A stretch of 64,000 bases of DNA from the human T2T-CHM13v2.0 reference genome, Homo sapiens (GCF_009914755.1 NC_060933.1), one strand, 5' to 3'; shown: positions 1 through 16,902, counted from the stretch's first letter. Notes: generated from the letters alone by a model not told the origin. Made by a program: numbers and translations.

Positions 1-660
1 CCATCTCCACTGCCACCAACCTGGTCCAGGCCATCATGATTTCTCACCAGGTTTTCCCCCACAATAACCTCTCACTTCTTTTCTTTTGCCTTTTCCAACT
101 CTTCCCCTCACAACGCATTTGCAGAGACTTTAGCAATATTCATCAGCTCACATCATTTTCCTATTTAAAACTCTTCAATGGTTCCCATCATGCATAGAAT
201 AAAGTCTAGCCATTGACCCATAAGGGGGTACTATACAATCTGGCCCCATGTTTCTCCCTAAATTCATCCCGTAGCACTCTTTGCCTCCTTCTCTGGCTCC
301 AGCCTATTAATCTCTTAGTTCCTCAAACATGCCAAGTTCTTTACTGTTGAAGAGAGTTTGCACATGTTGCTCCCTCTACCTGGAATGCACTTCCTATACT
401 AGATCTTTCTCCACCCTTAGATTATAACAGCCTCAATGTAACCTCTTCAGAGAAGATTTCCCTGACCTCCCTCTAATATTATACCCCTTGTGCCAGTTAT
501 TTTATGCCACTGCACTTTTTGTATTTCACAATTAGGTTTCATCTACTTGTTTATTGGCTGTGTCTCCCACTAGACTGTGATCTGCACAAGGACAGCAGTA
601 AGCCCAGCGCCTAGGACAATGCCTAACACATTATAGGCAATCAACAAACATTTAAATAAT
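1..660 (+). mobile_element. LINE L2 3' fragment
   Basis: L2 motifs: cctcaaacatgccaag, ccctctacctggaatgc, cccactagactgtga, aatgcctaacaca...caacaaacattt. Confidence 0.75.
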
Positions 661-989
661 TAATCAGCTTTATAAGAATTTGCAAAATGACATCCATACT
701 GGGAAAATAAATAATCTCTTCAGCCCCAGCAACTCTTTTTTTTTTTTAATTTAGGGTTTTTTGAGGTTTTTTTAATGGTCTGCATATACCACACACTACC
801 ACTGGCACTTTTACATATTACCTAACTTGTTTTTCTCAATAAATTTTCAAGATAAGGATTATTCTCCAAACTGTACTTATCAAGAAGCTCACAAGCAATG
901 AGATAAGGTAGGTCACTCATAATGATACAGAGTGTCAGGGATAGAACCCAAATCTAACTCCAATCTTCTGAAACTCTCTTGATTATACC

Positions 990-1140
990 CAGGGCTGGCT
1001 TCGGGGACATGAGATTGGTTTAATTGCACATGGCCCCATGCTGTAATGTTCTGCTGTTGCCATTTAAAATTATTAATTTCTGAATATGGGGACTTGCATA
1101 TTTATTTTCCACTGGACCCCATAAATTATACAGATGCTTC
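990..1140 (+). mobile_element. MER45A-like hAT DNA transposon relic
   Basis: cagggctggcttc...gcacatggcccc...ctgctgttgccatttaaaatt...cactggaccccataaattat resembles MER45A. Confidence 0.6.
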
Positions 1141-1706
1141 ACAGGTTTTGCTGTGAAAAGCTTCCTTGACTTTATTCCTATTAGCTCGGCATCTCAGAAG
1201 AATTTAGGATCTAAGAACACTGATTTACACTGTGCTAAAAGTTGTAAAGTACTTACTAAGGCGTTAAGACCAAAAAAAAAAAATTCAGACCTAATCCCAG
1301 AGGTAATTCTCGATTTTTTTCCTCTGTCTTCAGAAACGCCTGCTTATCTCCTTTTTATGTCTGCCATTTTATGATTTCATCCTTGAATAAAAGATTACTT
1401 CCCCAATTTTACTCTTTCTAATCCCATGAAACTAGATTTTAGACATTGGTAGTCAGCTAAGAAATGGCTTTGTATAATGCAGTATTGCTCCTGGTTAGTG
1501 CATTATTCACAAATTCACTAAAACCACAAACAACTGAATTGATTAATTATACCTTAGAACAATAATGCCTTACGGTATTTTTTTTCTTCAGTGGTCAATG
1601 ATTCCATCTTGTACCATGGAGTCCAGGTTGTTGTTGATAGACTCAAAGTGGTGATACACATCTCTCCTTAAACCCTCCTCAGTCTTACTCTAAAGTTTTT
1701 ATAACT

Positions 1707-1898
1707 GAGGGGTTCTCAAACTGTCATGCCCAGACCATCAGAAGCAGAAGCAACACCTGGAAACTCGTTAAAAATGCAAATTCTCACACCACACTTCAGC
1801 TGTATTTATTTAGAAAATCCAGAGGATGGGACCCAGTAAGCTGTGGTTTAACAAGCCCTCCAGGTGATTCTGATATATGCTAACATCGAGAACCACCA
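1707..1898 (+). mobile_element. MER5A (hAT-Charlie MITE)
   Basis: ggttctcaaact...aaatgcaaattctc...tttaacaagccctccaggtgattctgat...gagaaccac. Confidence 0.8.
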
Positions 1899-1931
1899 TC
1901 ATAGATAATGGTCACTAAAATAGTGTTATCC

Positions 1932-2398
1932 TCACTAGCAAAGACATGGAATCAACCTAGGTGCCCATCAACAGTGGACTGCATAAAGAAAATGTGGTAC
2001 ATAAATATCATGGAATACTATGCAGGCATAAAAAAGAACAAAATCATGTCATTTGCAGCAACTTGGATGCAGGTGGAGGCCATTATCGTATGCAAACTAA
2101 CACAAAAACAGAAAACCAAATACTGTATGTTCTCACCAAGTGCGAGCTAAACATTGGGTACAAATGGACATAAAGATGGAAACAGTAGATGCTGGGGACT
2201 AGTAGAGGGAGGAGGAGGCAGGGGGCCAGGGTTGAAAAACTACCTCCTGAGTACTATGCTCACTTCACTATCTGGATGATGGATTCAACTGAACTCTCAA
2301 CCTCAGCATCACACAAAATACCTTTGTAACAAACCTGCACACGTACCCCCTGGATCTGAAATAAAAGTTGAAAAAATAAAATATAAAATAAAATAAAA
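1932..2398 (+). mobile_element. 5'-truncated L1 3' end (L1PA16/L1PB-like)
   Basis: ORF2 C-terminal relic (KTWNQPRCPS...KKMWYI...), 3' UTR, A-rich tail; decayed TSD taaaatagtgttatc / taaaatgtgttgtc. Confidence 0.85.
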
Positions 2399-2419
2399 TG
2401 TGTTGTCATAATTTGGGTT

Positions 2420-2902
<483 letters not shown>

Positions 2903-3342
2903 CTTCTCCCATGGAGTGGCTGTTTAAAATCAGTTACATATTTGGATGAACAGTTTTACATTTCATCATTGAGTTTCTTCAGAATTTCTGGACATGTGCT
3001 TTTTGTTATTGTTCTTAGGAACTGTGAGTGTGTATGTGTGACTGTTTATATCATTGATGAATCTCTACCAAGCTTGACAAATGTAATCTAAAACTACTAA
3101 TTCTGATGCTTCTGGCATGCTTCAGCAGCCAATTTGCAAGTGATACTAATCTAAAAGACTTGCCTAATGAAAAACATATAACACACAGACAAATTTTTAA
3201 AATATCAAGAGCAACAACGAAAATGGATTTATACTTTCTCATGGCTCCTTTTAATCCTTGAGTAGGTACTGAATGAATACCTTATAATCATCAAGTTGAC
3301 CCAGATTTCAAGAATTTGCTTCTTAATTTAAAAGCAAGAACT

Positions 3343-3416
3343 TCATGATTGCACCGCACTCCAACCTGGGCAACAAAGTGGGACCCTGTTTCAAAGGAAA
3401 AAAAAAAAAAAAAAAG
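3343..3416 (+). mobile_element. 5'-truncated Alu 3' fragment with poly(A)
   Basis: catgattgcaccgcactccaacctgggcaac...A-tail. Confidence 0.8.
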
Positions 3417-3764
3417 GAAACAGGCTTTTTATCTAGATATAAAGAGCATTTTATTGAGGACCTAATCTTTGCACAATACTGTATCTCATTGGTTAATCTC
3501 ATTTTTGTCCTGGTCATCAGCCAGAGGGAAACTGGAATGAGAAAATACTTTGACTAAAAGTGGATCTTCACTGTTCTCCTTAACTCATTTCTCCCAACTA
3601 CCTTTCATATTCTTCAGAGGGATAAGAGTAAATGTTTTTTCTGGTAGCTCACCTGTCAATCTTTGCTCCATATTTCAGAAAAGTAATGGGTTAAAAAATA
3701 ATAATAAAAGAATAAAAGAAGAATTGCCCTACATTTTTTTCTATTTCCTCCACTTTTCAAGACT

Positions 3765-3950
3765 ATAGAATGTAGAGCCAGGCACGCTGATTTCAAACCT
3801 AAACTTCATAACATTGGGCAAGTTATTTAATATCTCTGTGCCTTAGTTCCCTTATCTGTAAAATGAGTACAATGAGGTTGTCATAAGAAATAAATGATTC
3901 AATATATGTAGATCTCACAGAACAGTTTCTGGAACATGGAGTCCAACATG
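3765..3950 (+). mobile_element. MIR
   Basis: MIR core ttgggcaagttatttaatatctctgtgccttagttcccttatctgtaaaatg. Confidence 0.85.
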
Positions 3951-4249
3951 GGTAACTATCACTAACATTCTCATGTCACTGCAGTTGAATCTGCCCTGTG
4001 TAGTTGGAATCTGCAAATACACAGCTTCCAGTATCCTAAAGGCCAAACTACATCATCCTGCTTTCAATAAAACATTTTACGGTTCTGTTTGTGATTTCCT
4101 ACATTACTCACAGTGTATACTGCAAAGCCTAGGGTTGTTTTGAATCCCCTAATCTTTCCCTAAGTGTTACACAGTCCCCCAATTCATAGATTGAGGGGAG
4201 CATTTGTGCACATAGGTTTGGAGTCAGACCTGGGTTCGAATCTCTCTCT

Positions 4250-4622
4250 CCTACCCCTCTTTTCCATGCTGACTGCTCTAGCCTCTTTGGCTGCCTTCTT
4301 GTTCCTCAAACACATCAGGCATGCCCCTGCCTCGGGACACTTGTACTTGCAGTTCACTCTGCATGGAATGTCCTTTCCCTCATTTAGTATCTCCATGGCT
4401 TGCTCCCTCACTTCCTTCTGACATCTACCTAACAGCAACAATCAGATAGCCTTTCTCCTTAGCTCAAATGGTGCCCCCTCTCATTCTCTATCTCCCTGTC
4501 TTGCTTTATTTTTCCTCACAGCACTTACAATCACTAGATATTTTATTACATATTTATTTGCTTGCCAGCGTATCTTCTGCTGGCCTTCATTAGAATATAA
4601 GCTCCAGGAGGGCTGGAACTTG
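4250..4622 (+). mobile_element. L2 3' fragment lying between two MIR pieces (4205-4243, 4623-4700)
   Basis: gttcctcaaacacatcaggcatgcccctgcctc...tagaatataagctccaggaggg; flanks are a MIR head (ggagtcagacctgggttcgaatc) and a MIR tail. Confidence 0.7.
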
Positions 4623-4979
4623 ATAAAATGAAAATGTTACCCACATAATCAGATTGTTGTACAAATTGAATGAGATAACACATATGAAATATTAAACTTT
4701 TATAAACAAAAAAAAGCTTAACAAAATGCTAAGCATACATCAAATATTCATTTTCCCTCCTCTTCTCATAACAAAGGAAGAGGGTCAGCACATTTTGCTT
4801 CTCTTATATCCCTACCAGATGGGAAAGAATGGATGGAAATTCTTCAATTCTATGGTCACTACTTAGATTAGCAGCAAAAGGCAACATGTCCTAATTAGAT
4901 TTTAAATATACTTGGCTTTAAAGCTGTAGTCTTATAGTTTTTATAAGCATACAGAGTGAGATTAAATAAGAATGCTGGT

Positions 4980-5266
4980 GGCTGGGTACAGTGGCTCACA
5001 CCTGTAATCCCAGCACTTTGGGAGGCTGAGGCGGGTGGATCACAAGGTCAAGAGTTCGAGACCAGCCTGGCCAATATGGTGAAACCCCGTCTCTATTAAA
5101 AATACAAAAATTAGCTGGGCATGGTGGCGTGCACCTGTAATCCCAGCTGCTGGGAGGCTGGAGCAGGAGAATCGCTTGAACTCAAGAGGCGGAGGTTGCA
5201 GTGAGCCGAGATCATGCCACTGCACTCCAACCTGGGCGAGAGAGCGAGACTCCATTTTAAAAAAAA
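4980..5266 (+). mobile_element. AluS
   Basis: Full dimer; TSD aagaatgctggt / aagaatgcttgt. Confidence 0.95.
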
Positions 5267-5625
5267 AAGAATGCTTGTGAAAGGGGTATTTTTGATTAAA
5301 TGATTTTCCAGTTAATCATCAACTCTTCTTTCGCCCATTGATTCTGAACATTTCTCTTTCTGATCTGAATGCAGTTTCTTGCCATAATAAGTAGGAAGCA
5401 TAAAACATAAATCCATCCTCTTATGACTGAGTACAGTGTCTTGATTGAGGGTCATTGTGATGGACATCAATACTTATTTGATACAATTGAAAATATTGAA
5501 GATATAGCATATTGGCTTGACTCTATTCTAACCTTGAGATAAACCAAGGTAATAACTTCCCCAAATTAAACTCCTAATGAAGACACTTATTTGTCTCTTG
5601 TCATATTTTTAATAGTAGATATCTC

Positions 5626-5653
5626 ACACACACACACACAGAGAGAGAGAGAG
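5626..5653. repeat. (CA)n(GA)n microsatellite
   Basis: Seen directly. Confidence 0.9.
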
Positions 5654-7637
5654 CCCACTTAACAAGTGTTCCGTAAGTTTCACTTGATGAATTTAAAGTT
5701 TTCTAGATCTGGTTTTGATTGACATCACATAAAGAAATAACCAGGGCTTATCTAAAACTTGAAAGGATAAGTAAATGTTTCAGCACATTAAAAAGATACT
5801 GGAAATAAAGTCTTCAGGTCATGTAAATACAATTATATTGCCCTATTTTTAATTTTTTTCATTCAATAATTCTCCTCAAACTAAGCTTGTTTGCAGGCCT
5901 GCAGACAATATAGTTTCATTATCAAGTACTGCCTTGACTTAGTCTCAACATCCATAGTGACCTTTAAGCCAACTTCAAGAAGAAATCATCTTTGTGAGGG
6001 AAAAGACACACATTAACGTTGCTTACACTCTTTTTATCATCTTACCTCTGACTCACGAGTCAGTAGCATATTGACAAAAAATTAAAGGGTAGTTATATTT
6101 GAATTCTTTCTCTACCTTTTCCCAGCTGACCTTGGTTAAAATAGACTTCACTTCTCTGAAATTTTATTTCATCTTCCATAACTTGTGCATCAAAATAAAA
6201 CCCACAGTGGAATGATGATGAAAGATTACATAAGAGATCATTGAAACAGCCTGGTATTAATAAATGCCAAAATTATGCTCATTTTTCTCTCTTACTTCAT
6301 CTTCTCTCTGTCCAGGATATGAAACACCAAAGTCTACAGGATTTTCATTATGCTCTTTCACTTACTTCACACACAATTACTGAGTTTCTACAACATGCCA
6401 GCCACTCAGCAAGATTTGGGAATACACTGATGAATAAAATACAGTCGTTGCCCTGAAGGAGATCCTAAACCAAAGGACCCGATTATACTCTATGTACATA
6501 TAAGGATTTTACCCAGGAAGAAGCAATAACATCCAGCCTTCTAGAGGTCTTACAATGTGTATGATTCATAAACTATGCAGTAATACAATATCCTGTGAAT
6601 TACCTCACTGCTCACATTAATACAGGACCATGATGTTATCATACCAGCCTAACAGTCTGTCTCCATCGGTGGACCCAAAGGCCTCCAGTTATACAAGATA
6701 CAGTATGATTGAAAAAATAATGTTTTCTGTCCCCCAACTGTATTCAATGGGTAATGAGACAAAAGTAGGACTTTTTTTTTTTTTTTTTTTTTTTTGGCTT
6801 ATCTCTGGTTCCTTCTGCATACATTTTCATGGCCTATTCATTTGGGATGTTTGGTCTTAATAATATGAATTAAGCTCTTGTTTTAGTTACTGTTACCAGT
6901 GCATTCTATAGTTACATTCAATAACTTGATGAACCTTCAAAGCAATGAGCTCTTTTTGTAGCTGTAACAAGATCATTCTCATTTTGTCCTAGGCCTTGGT
7001 AATTTGAATCATTATTGTTTATCTTTTAAGGAAAATTTAATTTCATTTAGTGTGGGAGTATCTAATGCTTTTAAATGCATAAAAACTCATTTCTTTGTCA
7101 CAAAATGGCTGTCGATAATTTAGAACATGGAAAACAATTTTAAAGTTTATCTTTTTGTTCAAAATGTGTGTTTAGAGGGATGACTTTGTGATATGAAGCC
7201 AAAAAATGGGACTAGATCCTATTCTGAAACTGGTACCCACTCTGGGCAATGTGTTGGTGACAGCAAATGTCAGGTCCAATTATACAACTTCCTCTCAATA
7301 AATCTTGAAGGGCTTCTTTTATTAGAGAATTTATAAAGACAACAACAACAAAAAGACATATAATGAATACTCACCAATTACCTTAAACTTAATTATACAC
7401 ACAAGTTGGAATAGTAATACTAATAATATATAGTATAACTACAGTAAAATCCTTAGTTAGGAAAGATAAAGGGAAAAGCGTCTAAGAGTGAAGATCCAAG
7501 TCTTTTTGCCTTTGTCTTCATTTCTATGCTGTGCTATGAATATAATCTTCAGCTTTCTTTACTTTTTGTTTCATGCTTCACTGGTACTTCTTTGCAGCCA
7601 TGAATGACCAATTGCAGAATTTCTAAGCCTTCATCTC

Positions 7638-8005
7638 TGATATGGTTTTGCTATGTCCCCACCCAAATCCCATCTTGAATTGTAGTTCCCATAATCCCCA
7701 TATCATGGGAGGGACCCAGTGGGAGGTAATTGAATCATGTGGGCAGTTACCCCCGTGCTGTTCTTGTGACAGTGAGTGAGTTCTCACAAGATCTGATGGT
7801 CTTATAATGGGCTTTCCTCCTTCGTTTGGCATGTCTCTTTCCTGCCACCGTGTGAAGAAGGACATGTTTGCTTCCTCTTCTGCCATGATTGTAAGTTTCC
7901 AGAGGCCTCCCCAGTCATGCTGAACTGTGAGTCAATTAAACCTCTTTCCTTTATAAATTACCCACTCTCGGGTATGTCTTTATTTGCAGCATGAAAACAA
8001 ATACA
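7638..8005 (+). mobile_element. THE1C-like solo LTR (ERVL-MaLR)
   Basis: tgatatggtt...ccccacccaaat start, ...ataca end; 5-bp TSD atctc/atatc. Confidence 0.9.
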
Positions 8006-8320
8006 ATATCCAACCATCAGAGTCTCCATCAGCTGTGTATCTACAAACATGGTTGTTAATTTTTCTCTAATTCTGAACAAGTGCTGCAATTTTAAGCTCA
8101 AAACTTTCCCACAGATACAAATGAGTGTTGTAGACACATAACCCAAGATTACCTGCTACACATGCTATAGGCAAATTGGCTTTATATCTCTCTGACTTTT
8201 GACAGGAAGATAGCAGCTCTAGGTCGGATGCTTCACATCCCCTAGCTCTTTGTGCTTCTAACACATAGAAGCTTTATGCACTTTGGAAATTTCCTGAATT
8301 ATCATAGAATGTCATCCTGA

Positions 8321-8978
<658 letters not shown>

Positions 8979-10410
8979 CATCCTCTGTGACAGATATTCT
9001 AGGGAAAACTATCTATTTATTGTTTCCATGAAGTTTTATAGTTTAATTGTTCAAGGCCCAATGTGGTATGACTTCAGTTGTACTTGCAGTAATTTGGTTT
9101 TTCAGCTCAGAATTTTCTAGACTTCTTCACAAAGCCATACTTCCCTAAAATAGGCCCATTTTTGAAAAGAAAGGGAGACCCAACTTCTCACCTTATTTGA
9201 TGTTAACATTTTGAAGACTGTGTTAAATTTTTCACCTTTCTTTCTTGCCTATTAACAGTGATGTATAATAATTATCTATTACTATAATCTTTATTTATGG
9301 AGCAAAGGAGACACTTTTATCAAAAATCAGATGTCCTCAAATAACAGGAAAAAATGGTAACAGCTCCATTTTAAAACTAATTATAATGCAAACTTTCAAC
9401 TTAAGTGTTGTTCTCATTCATTGAGAAGAAAAAAATAATAAAATATTTACAAACTATTAATAATTGCATTTTGCAATATCCATGGAGAAAATATTAAATA
9501 AGAATATTCAAAAAATTATTTTACCTGTACAGCTTCGATTTAATTAATCAATAACTCAAATTTACACTATCTGTTCATGAGTACAATCCATTGGTTTTCT
9601 CACTCATTTGACCCATCTTATTAAACTTTTTAGCAGACTAATAATATAATTAAGACAAGTTTAGTGTACTTATAATGTGAATAATATATAAAATATGTAT
9701 AATTACTATCTAATAGTCTTACAAGATATCATGTTATATGCCAAATTCTAGTTTCATTTCTCCCCTCTGTAGCAAGAAAGTCTCTCAGAAGTCTTTTTCA
9801 CATTTCTTTCTTCTATAGCATTTGAGTCTTTATCTTGTAGGGAGTGGGTGCTCTTTAAAACAAAACATTCACATACCCAAATTTACTGAATATCCACTAG
9901 TAAGATAGGCAATTTCCTCTTCTACTGCCAGCACTATAAATTCAACACTCAGAAACCCAAAGTGTGCAAGGAACCTCATCTATTCTGTTCCTTTGTCTAC
10001 CAGCAGAACCTCATTCCAAATACATGAGTATTTATCATGGATTTAAAGACACCTTAGAGAGAATCATTCAACACCATCTCCATAACATTTTCTAGTGAAG
10101 CGTTAACAAATCAAAAAGTAATATCTCAATGCCTATGGAAGGCAGAATAATAACCTCCCAAGGAGGTTCACATCCTAATTTCCAGAACCTGTGAATATGC
10201 TACTTTACATGTCAATGGGGAATAAGGTAGCTAATCATTTGACCTTAAAATAAAGAGATGGTTTTCAATTACCCAGGTGGGCCCAATGTAATCATAAGGT
10301 TCCCTAAATGCAGAAGAGAGAGGCAGAAGAGGAGAATCAGAAAAAGCAATGTGATAGCAGAAAGGCCAAAAAGATGTAACTTTACTGCCTTTGAAAATGG
10401 AGAAAGGGAC

Positions 10411-11112
<702 letters not shown>

Positions 11113-11744
11113 GGGACCATGAGCCAAGGAATGTGGGTGGCTTCTAGAAGCTGGAAAAGGCAAGCAAATAGATTTTCATCTAGATATTACAGAAACACAG
11201 CCCTGCTGACATCTTGATGTGTAGTCCAGTGAAACCCATGTCATACTTCCGTACTACAGAACTGAGATAATAAATACATGTTACTTTCAGCCACTAAGTT
11301 TGTAGTAATTTCTTATGGCAGCATTGGAAACTTAACACGATGCCCAACACTTTTTTAAATTCTGAAAGCAGAATCTTTAATACAGAAATAGTTTGACAAT
11401 ATATTTTTACAAGTTATATTTCTTAATAATACTTTAATTGGCCTCCACAATTAATGGGTCAAATATTTTCTTCTAGTTAACTGAATACAATGCCCCAATT
11501 AAAATCTAAGGCCTGACAGTACACTAACAAATTAATGCCATCACACAGCTCCTATTATTATTAGCTCAACTTTTTAAAAACTGTCTCAAACATTTATCTT
11601 GACTATTACATGAATTATAACTCAGAATGAGAAAATAGTTGATGAAGGAAGTTTCTGCTTATAAAATTATTTCAGCTAATAAATGAAAAAGGAAAGACAG
11701 AATCATAATATCACTATTTTGCAATGCCCAAATAAAATAATGGA

Positions 11745-12385
11745 TCTTGGCAAACTCCAAATAAAGGCCAGATCCATTCCATTATCAGTTTTTCTTAGCC
11801 TGTAAGCTAAGAATAATTTTTGCATTTTTAAATGGTTAAAATATCAAAAGAATAATATTTCATAAGGTAAAAATTATATGAAATTCCTATTTTAGTGTTT
11901 ATAAATGATGTTTTGTTGGAACACAGCCATAACCATTTATTTACATAATGCTTATGGCTGCTTTTGAAAGAACTGTAACAGCAAGAATTGAATGATTATA
12001 AGAGACCTTATAGCCTGCAAAACCTAAAACACCAGCCGGGCGTGGGGGCTCATGCCTGTCCTAGCAGTTTGGGAGGCTATGGTGGGCGGATCACCTGAGG
12101 TCAGGAGTTTGAGACCAGCCTGGCCAACATGGTGAAACCCTGTCTCTACTAAAAATACAAAAATTAGCCGGGAGTGGTGGCAGGCACCTGTAATCCCAGC
12201 TACTAGGGAGGCTGAGGCAGGAGACTCACTTGAACCCAGGGGGCGGGGGTTGCAGTGAGCAGAGATGGCACCACTTCACTCCAGCCCGGGCAAAAGAGCG
12301 AAACTCCGGAAAAAAAAAAAAAAAGAAAAAAAAACCCTAAAACATTTACTATTTGGCTCTTTGAAGAAAAATTTGCCAGCCCCTT
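11745..12385 (+). mobile_element. MER58B (hAT-Charlie) split by an Alu
   Basis: ggcaaact...agctaagaat...gttggaacacagcca...cctaaaacatttactatttggc...aaaatttgccagccc. Confidence 0.8.
12034..12331 (+). mobile_element. AluS (Sq-like)
   Basis: Full dimer; TSD aaaacc(c)taaaaca. Confidence 0.95.
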
Positions 12386-12821
12386 CTCTAAGCAATCATC
12401 CCCAGTGGTGGCTAATACCCAAAAATGAGAGACAGCCAGAATACATATGAAGTATTGTTGCCAAAAACTCAAATTAAAACTGATCTAGGCACCTGGTCAA
12501 ATCACCAGTTCATAGGAAATACAATGGACAGAGAAACATCTGAGATGACACCATTGGGATGTATTCAGCAAAATACAGAATGTAGAAAACTGTGCAGGAT
12601 AAGTACATTTCTCTGACAAATAATTGTTGAGAGGAAAAGAAAAGAGATCAGGAGAGGGAAAACCATAGACTAAAAAGGAAAATTATAATGTGTCCACTAC
12701 AGTTGGATTCTAATTCAAACAGAATTATGAGATAATCAAGTAAATACAGTTCTAACTTAATATCTGTGGGTATTAAGAAGTTTTTTTTTAAATTTGATAA
12801 TAGTGTTACAGTTTTGTTTTA

Positions 12822-13139
<318 letters not shown>

Positions 13140-14283
13140 CTTTCTCTTCCAGATATTTTTTAGAGGAAGTGATGTAATACCTAAGACTTGCTTACAAATA
13201 ATCTAGTGGGAGAGAGAAGAAATAGAAAATAGGGATATAGATGAAGCAAGATTGATTTGTCATGATTTGATCATTATTAAAGCTGGGTTACAGGTTTATT
13301 ACACCATTGCCTCTACTTTTGTATATGTTTGTAATATCCCACAATAAAAGAAAGTTTTAAAAACATTCCTTCCCAAAGTCCTTGAGCTTCATGAAGAGAT
13401 TAATTTTATAACTACAATCTATTTCAATACATAAAGAATCCAGTAATAAAAATGCCAAAAGCAAAAAGTATCATATTTCAATATAGTATGGATTTTATAT
13501 TTTAGCCCCAAGAATGTCAATAAACTACCTTTGGTAAAAACATAGAAGAATGGACATTTCAAGGACCAGGATCTGCTATAGAAAATAATCATCTTGGAAA
13601 AGACAAGCTGATTTTATTTTCTAAAGCATTTTCAAAACCAGCCCAATACAATTAACAGTCATTACATCATGGATATGATCAACAACATTCTAATTTCAGA
13701 AAAATTAAAGACCATAAACAACATCTCCTGTCAAACAAAAGCAACTTCTGCTTTTTACATGCATTGTAACAAGTCTAGTCAACACCAATATTTAGATAAC
13801 TGTTTCCATTCAGTGAATAGCTCTGACCAGACACTGAATTAACTATACATATCAATACACTTAATGTTCATAAGTCATCCTGGGGGGCAGGTATTTTCAT
13901 CTTCATTTTATCATGATGGAAGACAATAAGATTCAGTTGCAAAACCAGCGAATGACCTGAACCAGGCTGGAAATCAAGTCTGTCTAATTTGAATGTTAAT
14001 ACAGTCTTAGATCGGAAGGCCAGCACTACTCCCCTGCTGCCCCATGCAAAATTTTGGCTCAGGTCAGAGACTGGGATCCAGACAATCAAGGAAATGGCAT
14101 GGGGATATTTTAGCTTATTTTAAGACATTTTATTTATTTCAAAAAAATATGAAGAAAAGATGGCAAATTGTTCATCTCTAATGTGTATTATGATTATGTG
14201 GATTATTTTTGTCATGTTCTCTACTATTTTTGTATATTTGAGACTAAGTTTTAAAAAAATAAATACAATAAATACTTTTCTTA

Positions 14284-14656
<373 letters not shown>

Positions 14657-16075
14657 CTAGCAGAACTGGGGAGAAAAGAGTCATAGAAATATAATTCACC
14701 CAAGGCTACACAGCTAATAATGGACAGACCAGGATTCCAATCTAGATCTGCTCAGTTCCAGAGCCACCATACTGTACCATACAAATATTTGCACTTGCTG
14801 TCATTGTTGTTATTTCTTTTTCTCATCTAACTTGTCTCCCATTCACTGCACTGGTATCTATCCTCATGACTCATTTAAAATGACTCTCAGAAAGGTATTA
14901 TTGCCCTCTTTCCAAATTGCAAAATCCAAGTGACTGTTTTTCTTCCTCATCTTTTGAGAAGCAGGCATAAATGTCTCAGAAGCTTTTTCTCCAAATCTCC
15001 CACCACCACACTTAAAGAGGCATTGACTACTTTAACCTTTGCTCCAATGTACTCTGACTATAAAGCTAGACTTTGTATATCTCTGTGTTGTCACTTTGCA
15101 TATTTCTTGTGTTAAACTATCAGCTCTATTAGAGAGGCTGTCCAGTACTTACCATGGTGCCTAACACTTCTTAAGTGTTCAACAAAAGTTAGATGAATGT
15201 TTCTTTAAACGTTGTTCTCTATAATCCTTTCATTTTTGCTTTACCAGCCCTCGTTTGGCTTTGCAAATGAAAGAAATAAAAAGTAAAAGCAACACATGGA
15301 AGACCATCACAGCTGGTCTAACAAAATGAAAGAAATATTTTCTTACTATTTATAAGTTATTTTTAATGATTCCATTGTTTTTAAAGATCTAGTAATTAAT
15401 CGCAGGAGAAGCTGTTCTAATATCTTTGGGAATAATGAAAACAGACTTAAAATCATCACAATGCAAAGATATTTTACTCCTCCAAACTTAAAGTATTTGA
15501 ATTAGGCATTTTCTAACATATTCGTGGTCCTCAAATTAAAGCTGAAACTAAATTAAAATTTTTAATTCACTGTGATGAGGAGGAGGAGCTTGTTGGTTGT
15601 TATATTAATTACTAGAGAAAGATATTATTTCAGAAATGCTTCAACAAAATGGACCATTATCAGAAAATGGTCTTTTTTTTTTCACACACAAAAAAAATCA
15701 CAATAACCAGAAAATACAACTGTATTCCTGAGCAATACAACATTGTCCCTTTTTTATTTTTTTAACAGAGTGAGTAAAAGGCAGTAGACAAAAATCAACC
15801 TGTCAAGAAATGGTTTATACAGTAATGGGCTAGCACTGCAGGAGATTCGCTCTGCTTTCATCAGGAGAGCCCTTTGTGTAACAAGAACAAACTACTAAAG
15901 GTTTAATGACATTGCAGTAGCATATTAGACACTGAAAAAGGAAACAACAATTCTTTTCACCCAGTTGCCATTGCTTCTACGATAGCCACAAAGGACCTAC
16001 TAGCCACGTAATCCTTAAATGGGCAATTGGTTGGGAGATGAGTTTTTCTGACTTTAGTTTTGCCTTTGACTCGGC

Positions 16076-16375
16076 TTTTTTTTTTTTTTTTTTTCTGAGA
16101 CGGAGTTTTACTCTGTTGCCAAACTGGAGTGCAAAGGCATGATCTCGGCTCACTGCAACCTCTGCCTCCAGGGTTCAAGTGATTCTCTTGCCTCAGCCTC
16201 CTGAGTAGCTGGGACTACAGTCGCGCACTACCACCCCCAGCCAATTTTTGTATTTTTAGTAGAGATGGGGTTTCACCATGTTGGCTAGGATGGCTGCTAT
16301 CTCCTGACCTCGTGATCCACCCGCCTCGGCCTCCCAAAATGCTGGGATTACAGGCATGAGCCACTGTGCCCGGCC
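16076..16375 (-). mobile_element. AluS (Sc-like)
   Basis: Reverse dimer starting with poly(T). Confidence 0.95.
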
Positions 16376-16902
16376 TTCTTCATTTATTTTAAGACCTTAA
16401 AGAATTCGCTTTTAGCAGGGAAAACTGGAAATTACCTAGTAGGCTCAAAGAGGGCAAGTCAACAACAGAAACGAATGGTAGGTTTGTTTGTGGATCCCTC
16501 CTGCACGCACAGCATCTCAAACAGCTGTGAGAAGAGTAGCTTTGGTAACCAGCTGAAATGGACTTGCTTACTTGGCAGCACTGTGCTTTCTACATACTCA
16601 CTGCTGTTTCCATACACTCTCTCAGTTGCCCACTTGTCTGCACAAGGTGTGATAATCTGTGGTTGGTACCTGCTGATAAGGGTAATTATAGCATTAGTGG
16701 AAGCAAGAGTGCTGTCTAAGGTTGAAAAACAACTCTAATTACACCTCCATCATTTTACTCCCTCAGCACAGTTTCTTTTTTTCCTTTTACAGAGTTTACT
16801 CAGAGACTAAATTAAATCTGCATCTATTTGAAAACAAGCTTCTAAATAGCTGTGGGGGTAGAAAGAGAAATCTCCTTTTAAAATTAAAAATACATACATG
16901 CT

